This document shows positions 63,623 to 64,000 of a stretch of 64,000 bases of DNA, one piece after another. The DNA is taken from contig CM075997.1 in assembly GCA_038087875.1 (NCBI GenBank), positions 3,908,001 through 3,972,000 of the forward strand, read 5' to 3'. The translations under genes and the position numbers were made by a program. How positions within the stretch are numbered: position 1 is the first letter of the stretch; each line of letters begins with the position of its first letter. This DNA comes from Malacoraja senta (Eukaryota). The notes under the pieces were generated by a model. That model saw only the letters and a program-made list of their open reading frames with translations, was not told the origin of the DNA and searched no databases.

Positions 63623-64000
63623 GCGGCTAACCACACGCTTCGTTCACTGCCCCATATCTCGACTGTGAACCGCGCTGTGATTGAGCGGAGGGGAGGAATG
63701 GCTTTTGGGGGGGGGGGAATCGGTTTCCGCCGCGGCTGGTCGTGGTTTTGCCGCCCTCACTGTGCGCTTGTTCTGACATTCTGGATGTCGGAGGTCCTCA
63801 GAAGAAAAGAAAAATACGCCTGCGGACCGGATCATTTCAGGTTATGAAGCATGAATCGCCAAAAAAGTGGAGGGGCTGCAGCCCCCCCAGTTCTGCAGCC
63901 CATGGTTTGGGCCTTTCAGATCAAAAGCAGCCTTCAGAGTGATCGCACCATCATCCCCCCCACCCCCCCAAACTATGAAACGTCACCCATCCATTTCCCT

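Noticed and set aside
63079..63668. ERERE and SLSL ORFs
   Set aside because: Translations of the CT-rich tract.

Overview
Repeat-dense vertebrate genomic DNA. The HE1-type V-SINEs, CR1/HER1-type LINE tails and Penelope termini point to a cartilaginous fish, probably a skate or ray (inference). It holds three spliced + strand genes. (1) The 3' five coding exons of a calcineurin B homologous protein, CHP2-like (498-27382); one exon is 2 nt short and one intron carries a ~16.6 kb compound (CA)n satellite. (2) An unnamed aftiphilin/CLBA1-family gene (~40900-52712) with a repeat-expanded, apparently frameshifted large exon and adaptor-ear-binding motifs. (3) One exon of BLVRB (60331-60492). The rest is mostly CR1, Rex1/Babar, Vingi-like, RTE-like and Penelope-like fragments, V-SINEs, hAT MITEs, simple repeats and two 200-N gaps. 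The most notable non-obvious signal is a dispersed family of Penelope-derived termini carrying a minimal hammerhead-ribozyme-like core, often arranged as fold-back pairs. Almost all long ORFs in the supplied track are microsatellite or transposon artefacts. All calls were made by eye with no database searches, so repeat boundaries are approximate.
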